Source of the DNA: Candidatus Heimdallarchaeum aukensis | GTDB lineage: Archaea > Asgardarchaeota > Heimdallarchaeia > Heimdallarchaeales > Heimdallarchaeaceae | DNA length: 64,000 nucleotides | Direction of reading: 5' to 3' | NCBI GenBank assembly: GCA_021513695.1 | Contig: CP084166.1 | Coordinates: forward strand, 96,001-160,000 | In this document: positions 29,285 to 39,579 of the stretch, one piece after another | Numbering within the stretch: position 1 is the first letter of the stretch | Layout of the letters: each line of letters opens with the position of its first letter | Position numbers and translations under genes: made by a program | The notes under the pieces: generated by a model | Told to the model about the DNA's origin: nothing | The model's input: the letters and a program-made list of their open reading frames with translations, nothing else | The model's database searches: none

Positions 29285-31200
29285 TGGGACATGGAACTCG
29301 AGGACCTGGAAGAGCTCTAGGATTAGAGAAACATAAGCGTGCACGTTCTACTAAAGTTTTATTAGCTAGTTTGTGGAAATACTTGAAAAACTATATCTGG
29401 TCAATTTTCTTTGCTGCTTCTTTAATTATTCTTTATTCTCTATTTTCATTGGTTACTCCTTTAATACTTAAAACGGGCATAGATAAAGTCACAGAAGAAG
29501 ATGCTTCAATGAAAATCTTAATGCCAGTGATTGTCTCTTTCTTTGTATTGGTTATTTTAGGTTGGATAATTAACAGTATATCAACTATTATACTTACTAA
29601 AATAAATTCAAAGATGCTTCATGAAGTAAGAACAGACCTTTACAGAAAATTAAGTTACTCTGACATGTCCTATATCAAAAATGAACAATCAGGAAATATA
29701 ACTGCAAGGGTAACTTCAGATACTGGAGAATTGGCAACAGGGATACAAATATCAACTTCAATAGTTGCGCAGCTATTGTTGATCATAGGTTCTTTTGTCA
29801 TATTACTGGTTACAAATTGGGTAATAGCTTTGATTTCTATAGCTGCTGTCCCTATAGCTTTTGGAATAAGTTCAATTCTGAGTTATTTTGGAAGAAAAAT
29901 AGTTTTAAGAGTGAGAAGAGCTTTTGGCTATGTTTCAGGAAAGATGGCAGAAGGCTTAAGTGGAATTGCAGTAGCAAAATCGTTTAACAGAGAAGAAGAA
30001 CTAGCTACTGAATTGAGAGAATTAAACCAACAACACTATAATTATTCAAAGCAATTCGGATTTCTTATGATGTTTGTTATGCCATCCATTAGTGCATTAA
30101 GCTATGCTCTATTCACCTTGATCATTTATATGAGTGGATGGTTAAATAAAACTACAAATGTCATTAGTCTAGGAGATATTTATTTATCTATTAATTTATC
30201 TCAACAATTTCTCTTTCCGATTGTGATGCTAGCTATGTCTTTTCCTCAATTAGAATCTGCTTTTGGTGCAATGGATAGAATAATAGATATTTTTGATGCC
30301 AAACCTGCTATTTCTGATGCTCCTGATGCAAAATCTCTTCAAGAAGAAGATGATAGTGTACATTTTAAGAATGTAAGCTTTGCTTATAAAGAAGGAAATT
30401 ATGTGTTAAAGAATATCAACTTTTCGGCTAAACCAGGAGAATTAATAGCTGTAGTAGGACATACTGGAGCTGGAAAAACTACTTTGTTTTCCTATTTACT
30501 TCCTCGGTTCTATGATGTGACAGAAGGTGAGATATACATAGGTAACCAAAACATTAAGGAAGTAACACAGTCTTCTTTAAGACAGGCAATAGGCCTTGTT
30601 ACTCAAGAACCATTTCTTTTTTCTGGTACTGTTTATGAAAATATCATTTATGGAAAACCTGATGCTACAGAAGAAGAAGTGCGTAGTATCTGTGAAAGAA
30701 TAAATGCAGACGAATTTATTGAAGCTTTACAACATGGTTACAATACAAAAATAGTAGAAGGAGGAAAGAGACTATCTTCTGGTCAAAAACAAATAATTAC
30801 CATCGCAAGAACAATGTTGGCTAATCCCAGAATACTTGTTTTAGATGAAGCAACAAGCAGGTTAGATGCATATACAGAATCTTTGGTTCAAGCTGCACAA
30901 ATGGAATTATTCAAGGGAAGAACAACTTTTGTAATTGCTCATAGGTTATCAACAATTAAAGATGCTGACAGAATAATTGTACTTGATCATGGAAGGCTTG
31001 TAGAAGTAGGAACACATGAAGAATTAATGGAAAAGAAGGGAATATACCAAGACCTTTATACAACTTATTATGCCTATCAAGGATTAGAAAAAGTAGATAT
31101 TGATATTGAAGAATTGGAGCCTGAAATAGTGGAAAAACCAATAAAACCAAAGAAAAAACCTGCTCAATTCAAGTTAGATTCTAAGAAAAAGAAACCTTGA
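29284..31200 (+). CDS. ABC exporter subunit (TMD+NBD), the consensus-site partner
   Basis: Walker A is GHTGAGKTTL. The signature is LSSGQKQIITIARTM. Walker B is LVLDEATSRLD. The H-loop is AHRLS. It has a Lys-rich C-terminal tail. Confidence 0.85.
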   Translation: MGHGTRGPGRALGLEKHKRARSTKVLLASLWKYLKNYIWSIFFAASLIILYSLFSLVTPLILKTGIDKVTEEDASMKILMPVIVSFFVLVILGWIINSISTIILTKINSKMLHEVRTDLYRKLSYSDMSYIKNEQSGNITARVTSDTGELATGIQISTSIVAQLLLIIGSFVILLVTNWVIALISIAAVPIAFGISSILSYFGRKIVLRVRRAFGYVSGKMAEGLSGIAVAKSFNREEELATELRELNQQHYNYSKQFGFLMMFVMPSISALSYALFTLIIYMSGWLNKTTNVISLGDIYLSINLSQQFLFPIVMLAMSFPQLESAFGAMDRIIDIFDAKPAISDAPDAKSLQEEDDSVHFKNVSFAYKEGNYVLKNINFSAKPGELIAVVGHTGAGKTTLFSYLLPRFYDVTEGEIYIGNQNIKEVTQSSLRQAIGLVTQEPFLFSGTVYENIIYGKPDATEEEVRSICERINADEFIEALQHGYNTKIVEGGKRLSSGQKQIITIARTMLANPRILVLDEATSRLDAYTESLVQAAQMELFKGRTTFVIAHRLSTIKDADRIIVLDHGRLVEVGTHEELMEKKGIYQDLYTTYYAYQGLEKVDIDIEELEPEIVEKPIKPKKKPAQFKLDSKKKKP

Positions 31201-31337
31201 TCTTCCCTTCTTCTTTTTCTTAAATTGATATTCAGAAAAAGTGTTTATGGAATTCAATTTGGATTTTGAAATTTTTTTAATACATCAAGGTTGCAATTGA
31301 GAAATAATCATATAAATATCTTAACAATTATCAAATT

Positions 31338-31778
31338 ATGACATTTGATCCACGTTCAACCCAAGAAAAATTAGAAGACTATGTTTTATTTGCTCTTTTG
31401 TCAATTATCTTTCTAATCTTGTATATTATTGGAGGAACATTTGTTAGATTCGTTCTCTTACTTTTTATCGGTGTTATTGTTTTCAGTTATGTAATCTCAA
31501 AAATAGTTAAGATATTTACAGAATCTAAAGTGGGATTATCAGTTTCTTATTGGGGTAACGAGATTCTTTATACTCTATTCGGTATTCCTCTTTTGGTTAT
31601 TGCTATTTTCTATTTACCAGTAGCTGTTTTTTTGATGTTTTTTGGAAATACTGAATTTCCAGTAACTGATTTAATTAAATGGGGTACTCTTGTAATAACT
31701 GTCACTCTACAAATTAGCTCACTTACTGTCTTTTTGATAAGAGTAAGAAAAGATAAAAAATCTAAAGAAGAGGAATAA
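31338..31778 (+). CDS. Small integral membrane protein (about 4 TM)
   Basis: Hydrophobic helices run throughout. Length is 146 aa. Confidence 0.45.
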   Translation: MTFDPRSTQEKLEDYVLFALLSIIFLILYIIGGTFVRFVLLLFIGVIVFSYVISKIVKIFTESKVGLSVSYWGNEILYTLFGIPLLVIAIFYLPVAVFLMFFGNTEFPVTDLIKWGTLVITVTLQISSLTVFLIRVRKDKKSKEEE

Positions 31779-32402
31779 TTAGTTATTTTTATTATTTTCA
31801 GAAAGAATATCTTCTATAGTCAATATTCTACTTACTCTTTTTTGGTAATTTGCTCTTAATCTTTCTAAATTCTCATATAGATAGTTAATCCTTCTACTAT
31901 TTTGCAGTATTATTCGTTCTTTGTATTCTTTTTTATCATTACTAAACACATATCTAATGAATTTAAATATTGACATATTGTGTTCTTTAGCAATAATATT
32001 TATTGTATTTAATATATGAATGAAAGGATATAACACCATTACTGTATAGAAAATGATGTATGTTGCTAAAGTAGCATGTCCTGTCATCAAAGATATTATT
32101 GAGATTGGTAAGTAAACCAATAAAAAAGCTCCTCCAACGCTAAAGGTAATGTATAAACTTTCAAAAATCACAGTTAAGAGTTTTACTTTACCTTTAGTTA
32201 GATAGAACCCTACTGCTGTAAAAACTATAGAAACTACTAGAAAAATTCCACCTAACATAATAATTAAGTCAGAGAAACCTGTGTTACATTTTAACATATA
32301 AATTGCGAGAGCTCCTATTAGAAAAATGTAGATTGAACTGTCCAAAAACTTTCTGTAAAAAGGTTTTGAACGTAACATAAGACATATTATGCTTTTGGAC
32401 AT
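31779..32402 (-). CDS. Integral membrane protein (about 5 TM)
   Basis: It is a 207-aa hydrophobic ORF that is convergent and abuts the previous gene. Confidence 0.45.
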   Translation of the reverse strand: MSKSIICLMLRSKPFYRKFLDSSIYIFLIGALAIYMLKCNTGFSDLIIMLGGIFLVVSIVFTAVGFYLTKGKVKLLTVIFESLYITFSVGGAFLLVYLPISIISLMTGHATLATYIIFYTVMVLYPFIHILNTINIIAKEHNMSIFKFIRYVFSNDKKEYKERIILQNSRRINYLYENLERLRANYQKRVSRILTIEDILSENNKNN

Positions 32403-32490
32403 TTATATATTTGACTAAAAAAGTAGCTGTTTTTGTGAAACTTGTTCAAAGACTTCTAAAAAAGGAAAATAGTGAAAAAAATAAAAATTT

Positions 32491-33567
32491 CTATGTTGGA
32501 ACAGTAACTTTTTGTTCTTTGATTTTTCGTTTTGTTTTGAGTTGTTTGAATGTTTTATCTTTGTTGTAATAAGGAGATTTACTTAATAATACTGCTCTTG
32601 CAATAGGTCTAAAGGGTATGATAAGCATCCGCATTAGCATTCTTTTTCTCTTGAACTCTTTTAGGAAATCTTCAAAGTTAAATCTCTGAAACTTTAAGAC
32701 CCTTTGTGCTTCTTCTGTATCCATCCAATCGCAGTGGTAGTAATCGTCTTCAGTCTTAATAGGTTTAAAAGCTTCTTCAGGGAGCATGCCAATTCCCATA
32801 GCGCCAAGCATTCCTCTGATATATTCGCTTTGTATCATCCTGTTTCCGTCTCCTCCTCCAATAAAGAATATCTTACTTATTGCTTCTTCATTTCCTACAG
32901 CGTTGGCGCATGCTAAACCAACATCTCTAGTATCAACAACTTCAATTCTTTGTGTCAAAGGAATCTCAAACATTATTGGGGGGATCTTAAAAGAGATTTC
33001 AAAAGGTGTTACCACTCCAAAACGCAGGATAGTCCAATTTAACTTACTTTCAAGTAGGATGTTTTCAACTGTTATTTTGTGTGAAGCATAATTGTCATAG
33101 TTTAATGGTTCCAAAGGGTCTGTTACTTTTGTAGGCGGTGGATATTTCATCCTGTTTCCATGTACAGCAATAGAAGATGCATAAATAAATTGAATATTTT
33201 TATCATTCTTTTCTTGCTCTTTTTCTGCACACTCAATCAAACTCTTTGATCCTAATACATTTACAGAGAAGGCAAAATCTGGCTTTTCATAAGCTAGTGG
33301 TGGAATAATTGCAGCTAGATGAACTATAGTATCAACATCTTGAACTATTTTTTTTACTGTTTCTTTATCTCTAATATCTCCCCAGACTACTTCAAAACTT
33401 TTATTTTCTTTTTTTAACTGTCTATATAATTTTCTCTTAACTTCAACATTTCGTTGTGTTTTTACATCAAAAGCTCTAACTTCATACCCCTTTTTTATAA
33501 GTTCTAATAGAGCATTTTTTCCAACATTACCGAATGACCCTGTTAGTAATACTTTCATTTTAACCAA
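32491..33567 (-). CDS. NAD-dependent epimerase/dehydratase (extended SDR)
   Basis: The Rossmann motif is VLLTGSFGNVGKNAL. The active-site motif is YASHK (YxxxK). Length is 358 aa. Confidence 0.75.
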   Translation of the reverse strand: MVKMKVLLTGSFGNVGKNALLELIKKGYEVRAFDVKTQRNVEVKRKLYRQLKKENKSFEVVWGDIRDKETVKKIVQDVDTIVHLAAIIPPLAYEKPDFAFSVNVLGSKSLIECAEKEQEKNDKNIQFIYASSIAVHGNRMKYPPPTKVTDPLEPLNYDNYASHKITVENILLESKLNWTILRFGVVTPFEISFKIPPIMFEIPLTQRIEVVDTRDVGLACANAVGNEEAISKIFFIGGGDGNRMIQSEYIRGMLGAMGIGMLPEEAFKPIKTEDDYYHCDWMDTEEAQRVLKFQRFNFEDFLKEFKRKRMLMRMLIIPFRPIARAVLLSKSPYYNKDKTFKQLKTKRKIKEQKVTVPT

Positions 33568-33764
33568 TTTACCATTGTTTTTAGTAGTAATAATCAGTTA
33601 GATTCAACCGTTTTTTTCAGAATATGAGAACTGTTTTTGGGAAAGATTTATATAATAGACTTAAAACAGCAGAATTTTAAAAACACTAAACTTAAGGCTT
33701 GTAACAGCCAAAATATTAAAAAAAAAGAAAATAGGTTAATTCTTATCTTCGTCTAAAGAGTTTT

Positions 33765-34233
33765 CTCCAAAATAAAATCTTAGTTTTAAGATTAATACTA
33801 CACATTGGCTCTTTTTCTATAATTTTTAATTCAAGGAGATCTTTATCAAAAGATTCGAAAATTCCAAGGTCAGAATATCCCCTTCCAATTTCTCCTTCGT
33901 ATTTTTTAATAAATTGTTCATGGAGCAGTAAAAACTATAATTATTCCTCTTTCTTCATCTGTTTTAAAGTATAATTTTAAATTAGTAAAAACTACTTTTT
34001 CTTTACTCTTGTTAACCAAAACTTTCTTTGGAATATGCATATAGAGCAGCTAAAAAGCTAGTTTGAAGGGTGTGATCGGGTCTCATCTTGCAAGTTTTTC
34101 CACCAAAACACTTGCTGTAATAAGGAATTCCACTTTTATCTAAAATAAAAATATCATCTGGTATAATTTTCCATTTTCTCTTTTCGTGACTGCTTAGTAA
34201 CATTGCCTTTAGACAAAAGTTCACAAACATCAA
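33765..34233 (-). pseudogene. Roadblock/LC7-like domain remnant split over at least three reading frames
   Basis: Frame 1 (34012..34233) reads IIPDDIFILDKSGIPYYSKCFGG...LQTSFLAALYAYSKESFG. Frame 2 reads KVVFTNLKLYFKTDEERGIIIVFTAP. Frame 3 reads GYSDLGIFESFDKDLLELKII. Together these recapitulate the order of a roadblock fold, as in the TPR-roadblock protein. Confidence 0.3.
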
Positions 34234-34702
34234 GAGGACAATTTAAGCATACTTTAGCATTGTAATCAAATCTTTTTGAAGTAAATATTCTTTTTATGAT
34301 AAAAAAAGCGAATGTTACTGCAATTGGGATAACTATTCGATACCATAGTATCTTGTCAACGAAAGAATAAAAAATGCTTGAAAAAATAATATACATAGAA
34401 GAAGCAGAAGAAAAACCTAACAAAAAGCGTGCTATGTCTTTAATTATTCTTTTCATTTCAAAAAAAACTGTAAAAATTGTTGGAATAAAAGTTAAAATTA
34501 TAATTAATAGCAATGCAGGGACATCTAGAACTTTGTAAAAAGAGAAAGATAGGTAAAAAACTACCCCTATTGCTAATCCTGAATAAAAGTTTGTGCACCC
34601 TCTGCAGATTCTATATCCATTAATTATATATACATGATTAGCAAAAAATGAACAATTAGGGTGATGTGACCAAGTATCTTTATCTTTAGGAAGAAGTTTC
34701 AT
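34154..34702 (-). CDS. Cys-motif integral membrane protein (DUF2085-like). Its 3' end overlaps the roadblock remnant out of frame.
   Basis: The motifs are HHPNCSFF...ICRGCTNFYSG and CLNCPLDVC. There are 4 TM helices. Confidence 0.45.
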   Translation of the reverse strand: MKLLPKDKDTWSHHPNCSFFANHVYIINGYRICRGCTNFYSGLAIGVVFYLSFSFYKVLDVPALLLIIILTFIPTIFTVFFEMKRIIKDIARFLLGFSSASSMYIIFSSIFYSFVDKILWYRIVIPIAVTFAFFIIKRIFTSKRFDYNAKVCLNCPLDVCELLSKGNVTKQSRKEKMENYTR

Positions 34703-34740
34703 CTACTATCTTATTTGATGGCAAAATTAAAATTGTTTGT

Positions 34741-35187
34741 TTGTTCGATATATTTTTATTGTTCACTATATTTTCCATTTTAATGAACTCCAACTCAAAG
34801 AAAAGTGATGAAAGCACAATAAAAAAAGAAAACAAACAAAGCAATGACGTTATAAACAAGGCCAAAAAAAGTGCTGGTAAGACTGCGGAGAAAAAATCAT
34901 ATGAAGAAAAAGAAGAACTACTAATTAGTGAACTTAAATCTGTTAACAGATCATGGATAAAAAACCCCTATTTGTTTTGGATTTGTTTAATCGCAGGTCC
35001 TGCGTGGTTTGTTGGAGCATTATTTGTACCACTAGAAAGCACATTGTTAAGTTGGATACAAGCTATTTTCTTTTTCTTAAGTGTTGGTTTCTCAATTCTG
35101 CCATTAAGTTACTTGTTTAATCTTCTATGGATAGAATTACTTAAAAAACAAGAAAAAAAAAGAATTAGTCAAAAATCAGAAGAATAA
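34741..35187 (+). CDS. Small 2-TM membrane protein upstream of ABC locus 2
   Basis: It is a 148-aa protein with a Lys-rich N-terminus and two hydrophobic helices. Confidence 0.4.
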   Translation: MFDIFLLFTIFSILMNSNSKKSDESTIKKENKQSNDVINKAKKSAGKTAEKKSYEEKEELLISELKSVNRSWIKNPYLFWICLIAGPAWFVGALFVPLESTLLSWIQAIFFFLSVGFSILPLSYLFNLLWIELLKKQEKKRISQKSEE

Positions 35188-35259
35188 ACATAAAAATCTT
35201 TATTCTTCAATGTCTTACTAATATTCTTAAATTCTTTTATTAAATAAATAATAAATAAT

Positions 35260-38200
35260 TTGCATATATTTATTAATGTCTGTTTAAAATTCACCTTTAT
35301 GAGTATAAAAAGCAAAAAAATTTTTTTGTCTTTTATTATTATTATGTTTATTACTTTAACAATAAATAGTGTAAAAGCTGAAGAGCAAGCAGCTCCTATT
35401 TTATATACGAAGTATTCTTCTTACACCAATATAGTTGAGTCAGTTTTTGACGAGAATAATCAAATGCATATTTTTCTCGGTCGTTCAGATGAATTTAATT
35501 ATAAAATCTTACATATCTTTAATGGAGAAGCGATACTCATTGATGCTGGTGTAAATAACATAGAAAGATTTTTCAAAGCAAAAATCTTCCCTGGAGGAGT
35601 TGCATTATTCTATTTAGATCACGATATTACAAAAGGAGATACATTATACTATTATTATTATTTCATAAATAACGGTTCACATGGCCTCAAGGTAATAACA
35701 AAATCAGGATTAGCATCTAATTATAAAATCAATATATTTCAGGATAACTCCAGATTTACAATTATTACTTCGTATAGTATTTCCTATTATACAAGTGCAA
35801 TAAAAAGCTTTAACTGCAGTTTTAGCGGAGAAATTTTAGACTCTGAAAGTTATGATGTTGAAGTCTCAATTTACAAGATAAAAGGATTCGTCTTTCAGAA
35901 TGAAAAAATATTCTTTTATTTTTACAAAGATGTTTATAACGCTAGTGCTTACCTCTCTTTTCTCTATGTTCAAGGGATAAACGAAAATGGACATATTTTC
36001 AATTCGAGCGTAATTGAATATCCTAATAGTTATTCAGAAACAATTATAACGCAAGGAATCAAAAAAGATTTTTATATCCAAACTATACAAGATGGTCAAA
36101 TTTTTTATTATTCTTTTAATGAAAATGAGACTTTTAGTTTCAGTGACTATAATTCTGCAGATTTTTATATTTACTATTATAACGAATATTCTATCGAGTA
36201 CACAGGTAATTGGATAAACACGACTTTCATAGAGTATGAATACATGTATTATAGTGACTTCTCTTATTCTTCAACTATTAACATTTTAGCTATCGTTACT
36301 TCATATAATTCAGAACAAATGTTGTTTGCAAAATTTGAAAAAACTATAACTTTTCAAGAAAGCTTTTTCCAATACTCAGTAGACATTGCTCTCGATGGTC
36401 CTTATTATTATATGTTTATTGCCACTAAAAGTACTGAAAAAATCCACTTTAATGAAACTGAAGTTTTAGGATTATATGTTCTCACAGATGATCCTAATTT
36501 TGTTCCACCTAAAGAACCAATATACTATGAAATCAAGCATATCTCCAATTTTACCTATTTCATGAAAAATTATTGGTGGACCCTTTTAATCGGTTTCGGT
36601 TTCATTGGTGGAATGTACGGTATTTTCCACAAGAGGATTAATAAGTCAATTCGCAAAATGAAAAAATTCCTGTTAAGACCTGTTGTGGACAATGTTTCTA
36701 CTGCTAAACTAATTTTAATCAACATTTGGCTATTTTTCTTTAATACTTATAGTTTAGTTCTTTCTTTGTGGAGAGTTAATAAAAAAAGACTAATAATAAA
36801 CATTCTTGGTCTTTCAATTCTTGCGTTTGTTCTGATAAACACTTCAGTACTTTATAATTCAGAACAGGCAACTGTTCTTCAGAAATATTTTGACAACCAT
36901 GACTTTGGTTCTAATTATGATACTTCTGTAGATTTTACAAAGACATTTATTGAACAATCAAAAACCGCTGAAAATATTTCCTTAATTAATGAAAATTATA
37001 CTTTATTAGCTGCAGAAGATATAATGAAATCTTTGAAACAAAAAGCTCCTACTTTAGCTTCCTTAATAGTTGATTATCAACTAACCAGTTTAATTACTAT
37101 CACAGGTTCAAACGTTACTTACGGAAATGAAGATATTCAATATTATTCAATAAACTCAAGCTATAATTTTGTTTTACAATCACTACTAGTTAATGGTACT
37201 TTGCCTAATAAAAAAGGAGAAGTAATTGTTTCTAGTAGTGTTGCTGAATATTATGACTTTCAAGTGGGTGAAGTAATACAATTTCAAGCAGTAAGCTATA
37301 AAGGTGCTTTCCTAAATTATGATGTAGTCAACCTAACTGTTTCTGGAATTTTTTCTAGTATTGGTTACAATACTTTGCGACAACTATGCGCAGATAATGA
37401 TCTACCATTTGATCCTGTTAGATATCTTACCTCTAACATGTTTTCAGCTATCGCTTTTAACAAATACTTCTTAAAAAATCTAGAAAATATCTCTTTAGGA
37501 CAACTAACCTTGTACGGAGATTTAGAGTTTATTTATGACTTTTCTTCGCTTGATCTAGAATCCTTTGAAAAACTAGTTGAAGAATATGAGTATTTAACTG
37601 AAAATCCTACTCAATACTTTAAATTTGATCCCAATGGTACCTGGTCATTAAGTTACGAGTTACGATATGTTATAATATATTTCCAATATGACCTAATAAT
37701 CATGCGGTTTTTAATCTATTTACTAACAATACCTATAGTCTTCTTAGCTTTATTTTTATTAAGTGAAGTTAACTCTATCTTTGCTTCAAGTTTTAAACAA
37801 GAGATAGAAATATTACAATCCCAAGGATTATCTGTTGGAAGAATAACTTTCATTTATTCTTCAATGAAATTCGGAGAGTCAGTTGTTGGAACAGTATTTG
37901 GACTTCTTGGAACATTTATATTTACACCAATTCTTTTAAAAGTTGATAAATTTCTACAATTTACGAACCCAATTTATCATTTTACTTTAAAGGGTAGCTT
38001 ATCTACAATTTTCATAACCTTTTTTGCTTTAATCATAGCTTCTCTCCCTCGAATTATTAGATTGGCAAAACAATCTGAAAAGAAACAAAAAGAACCAAGA
38101 AGATTTGTAACTCTAATAAAACGATTAAGAATACATTACTTTTTAGTCGTTATTTTTGGCGGAATTATTGCTTTCGGGGGATATTATTTAGCTGCTATTT

Positions 38201-39579
38201 TCACTTGGGTTTTTGAAGATTCATTTACTTCTCTCCTTGCTGTTTTTGTCAGCTTAATGGGAATAGGAGCTATGATTTCTATTTTCGGTATCGGATTAAT
38301 AATCAGAGAATTACATAATCTTCTCCTCATAATAGTCAGTAAATTGTCTTGGAAAGTTAAGAAATCTATAGGTTCCTTTTCATTAATTGAAGTTCGTTCT
38401 GATGCTAAGTTATTTACAAATACCTTTTTCTCATTTCTACTAATAATAGCTTTTGTAGTCCCTTCAATTATTGTTCCTTTGGCAATACAGGACCATTTCG
38501 TAAATATATCTTATTTCTCTTCTGGATCAGATGTTTATATTTCTAGCTGGTCTCTGTATAATGCTTCTAAGTCAAATATTACTTCTTACGATGAAGTAGT
38601 AAGTGTTGCTAATATTAGTGTTATAGAAACTACATATGGAGAACTCAACTTCCGTTTTCTAGTAATAGATAATTTAACAGAGTTCCGTTCTACAATATAC
38701 GATGTTCCAAAATACATAATGCCTGATTTTGATGAACTTCTATCCAAATTAGAACAAAATGATACTATGCTAGTAAGTAAGTTGTTTAACAAAGTTTTTC
38801 TTTCTCCTGAAACTTTTACCTTCACATCAGCTAATGAATCACTCAATAAAGAAATTCGAGTTGGAGGAGAGTTTACATACTTCCCTATCTTTTTCTTTGG
38901 CGATCGGTGGTTAAACGATAATTTTGAAATTTATTATTACGATTACATATGGTTTACTTTTCATATTGTCTTGACAAATCAAACTTTTACAGAAATCAAA
39001 GAAACTTTGAAAACACCTACTGTAGTTGTTGATAGACTCTTAATCAAACTTAAACCTAATTCTAATCCCATTAAATTTACTGAAAAAATTAAAAGAGATC
39101 TAAATATTGATTCAAGAAGTACGAAAGAACTAGCTGACTCAACTCTGTTTCAAGCCTATCCTTTCTATAGTGTTTTAACTTCGATGTTTGTTTATACAAT
39201 ACTAATGAGTATATTTGCAGTTGCTTTTATCAGTCTGAGTAATCCTTTGAAACTCTTGATACAGAAATCATCAAAGAATGACATTTTAAGAAAACTGGGT
39301 GTAAGGGTGAATAGAATTATTAACATATCTGCTTTTGAAATCTTTGTTTCAAGTTTTATACCTGGGATGATTCTTGGAGGACTTAGTGCCTACGGATTGT
39401 ATGTATTTTTCAAATACATTTTTATTGACTTTGGTTGGCGCGGTCTACCATACAAGAGTTACATGTTCTTCCCTGTTACTGGCGTTGTTATAGGCATATT
39501 TGGAGCATTATATTATGTCATCTTCTACTTCTCTATGAAGATGAATTTCTATAAATATAGACCTAGAAATTTGGAGTGA
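35260..39579 (+). CDS. Giant ABC transporter permease, paralog 2, with the same architecture as 4164..8462
   Basis: The likely start is ATG 35299. The signal peptide is IFLSFIIIMFITLTINSVKA. The extracellular domain is sequon-rich. There is a TM (WWTLLIGFGFIGGMYGIF) and two FtsX-type modules. It ends RPRNLE* within TTGGAGTGAT. Confidence 0.8.
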   Translation: MHIFINVCLKFTFMSIKSKKIFLSFIIIMFITLTINSVKAEEQAAPILYTKYSSYTNIVESVFDENNQMHIFLGRSDEFNYKILHIFNGEAILIDAGVNNIERFFKAKIFPGGVALFYLDHDITKGDTLYYYYYFINNGSHGLKVITKSGLASNYKINIFQDNSRFTIITSYSISYYTSAIKSFNCSFSGEILDSESYDVEVSIYKIKGFVFQNEKIFFYFYKDVYNASAYLSFLYVQGINENGHIFNSSVIEYPNSYSETIITQGIKKDFYIQTIQDGQIFYYSFNENETFSFSDYNSADFYIYYYNEYSIEYTGNWINTTFIEYEYMYYSDFSYSSTINILAIVTSYNSEQMLFAKFEKTITFQESFFQYSVDIALDGPYYYMFIATKSTEKIHFNETEVLGLYVLTDDPNFVPPKEPIYYEIKHISNFTYFMKNYWWTLLIGFGFIGGMYGIFHKRINKSIRKMKKFLLRPVVDNVSTAKLILINIWLFFFNTYSLVLSLWRVNKKRLIINILGLSILAFVLINTSVLYNSEQATVLQKYFDNHDFGSNYDTSVDFTKTFIEQSKTAENISLINENYTLLAAEDIMKSLKQKAPTLASLIVDYQLTSLITITGSNVTYGNEDIQYYSINSSYNFVLQSLLVNGTLPNKKGEVIVSSSVAEYYDFQVGEVIQFQAVSYKGAFLNYDVVNLTVSGIFSSIGYNTLRQLCADNDLPFDPVRYLTSNMFSAIAFNKYFLKNLENISLGQLTLYGDLEFIYDFSSLDLESFEKLVEEYEYLTENPTQYFKFDPNGTWSLSYELRYVIIYFQYDLIIMRFLIYLLTIPIVFLALFLLSEVNSIFASSFKQEIEILQSQGLSVGRITFIYSSMKFGESVVGTVFGLLGTFIFTPILLKVDKFLQFTNPIYHFTLKGSLSTIFITFFALIIASLPRIIRLAKQSEKKQKEPRRFVTLIKRLRIHYFLVVIFGGIIAFGGYYLAAIFTWVFEDSFTSLLAVFVSLMGIGAMISIFGIGLIIRELHNLLLIIVSKLSWKVKKSIGSFSLIEVRSDAKLFTNTFFSFLLIIAFVVPSIIVPLAIQDHFVNISYFSSGSDVYISSWSLYNASKSNITSYDEVVSVANISVIETTYGELNFRFLVIDNLTEFRSTIYDVPKYIMPDFDELLSKLEQNDTMLVSKLFNKVFLSPETFTFTSANESLNKEIRVGGEFTYFPIFFFGDRWLNDNFEIYYYDYIWFTFHIVLTNQTFTEIKETLKTPTVVVDRLLIKLKPNSNPIKFTEKIKRDLNIDSRSTKELADSTLFQAYPFYSVLTSMFVYTILMSIFAVAFISLSNPLKLLIQKSSKNDILRKLGVRVNRIINISAFEIFVSSFIPGMILGGLSAYGLYVFFKYIFIDFGWRGLPYKSYMFFPVTGVVIGIFGALYYVIFYFSMKMNFYKYRPRNLE
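35261..35275 (+). promoter_or_regulatory. Putative TATA box (gcatatatttatt) about 27 nt upstream of the ATG at 35299
   Basis: Its position suggests the real start is MSIKSKKIFLSF... at 35299, a signal peptide, rather than 35260. Confidence 0.3.

Noticed and set aside
32704-33091. Two + strand ORFs (70 and 101 aa)
   Set aside because: They are antisense within the NAD-epimerase gene.
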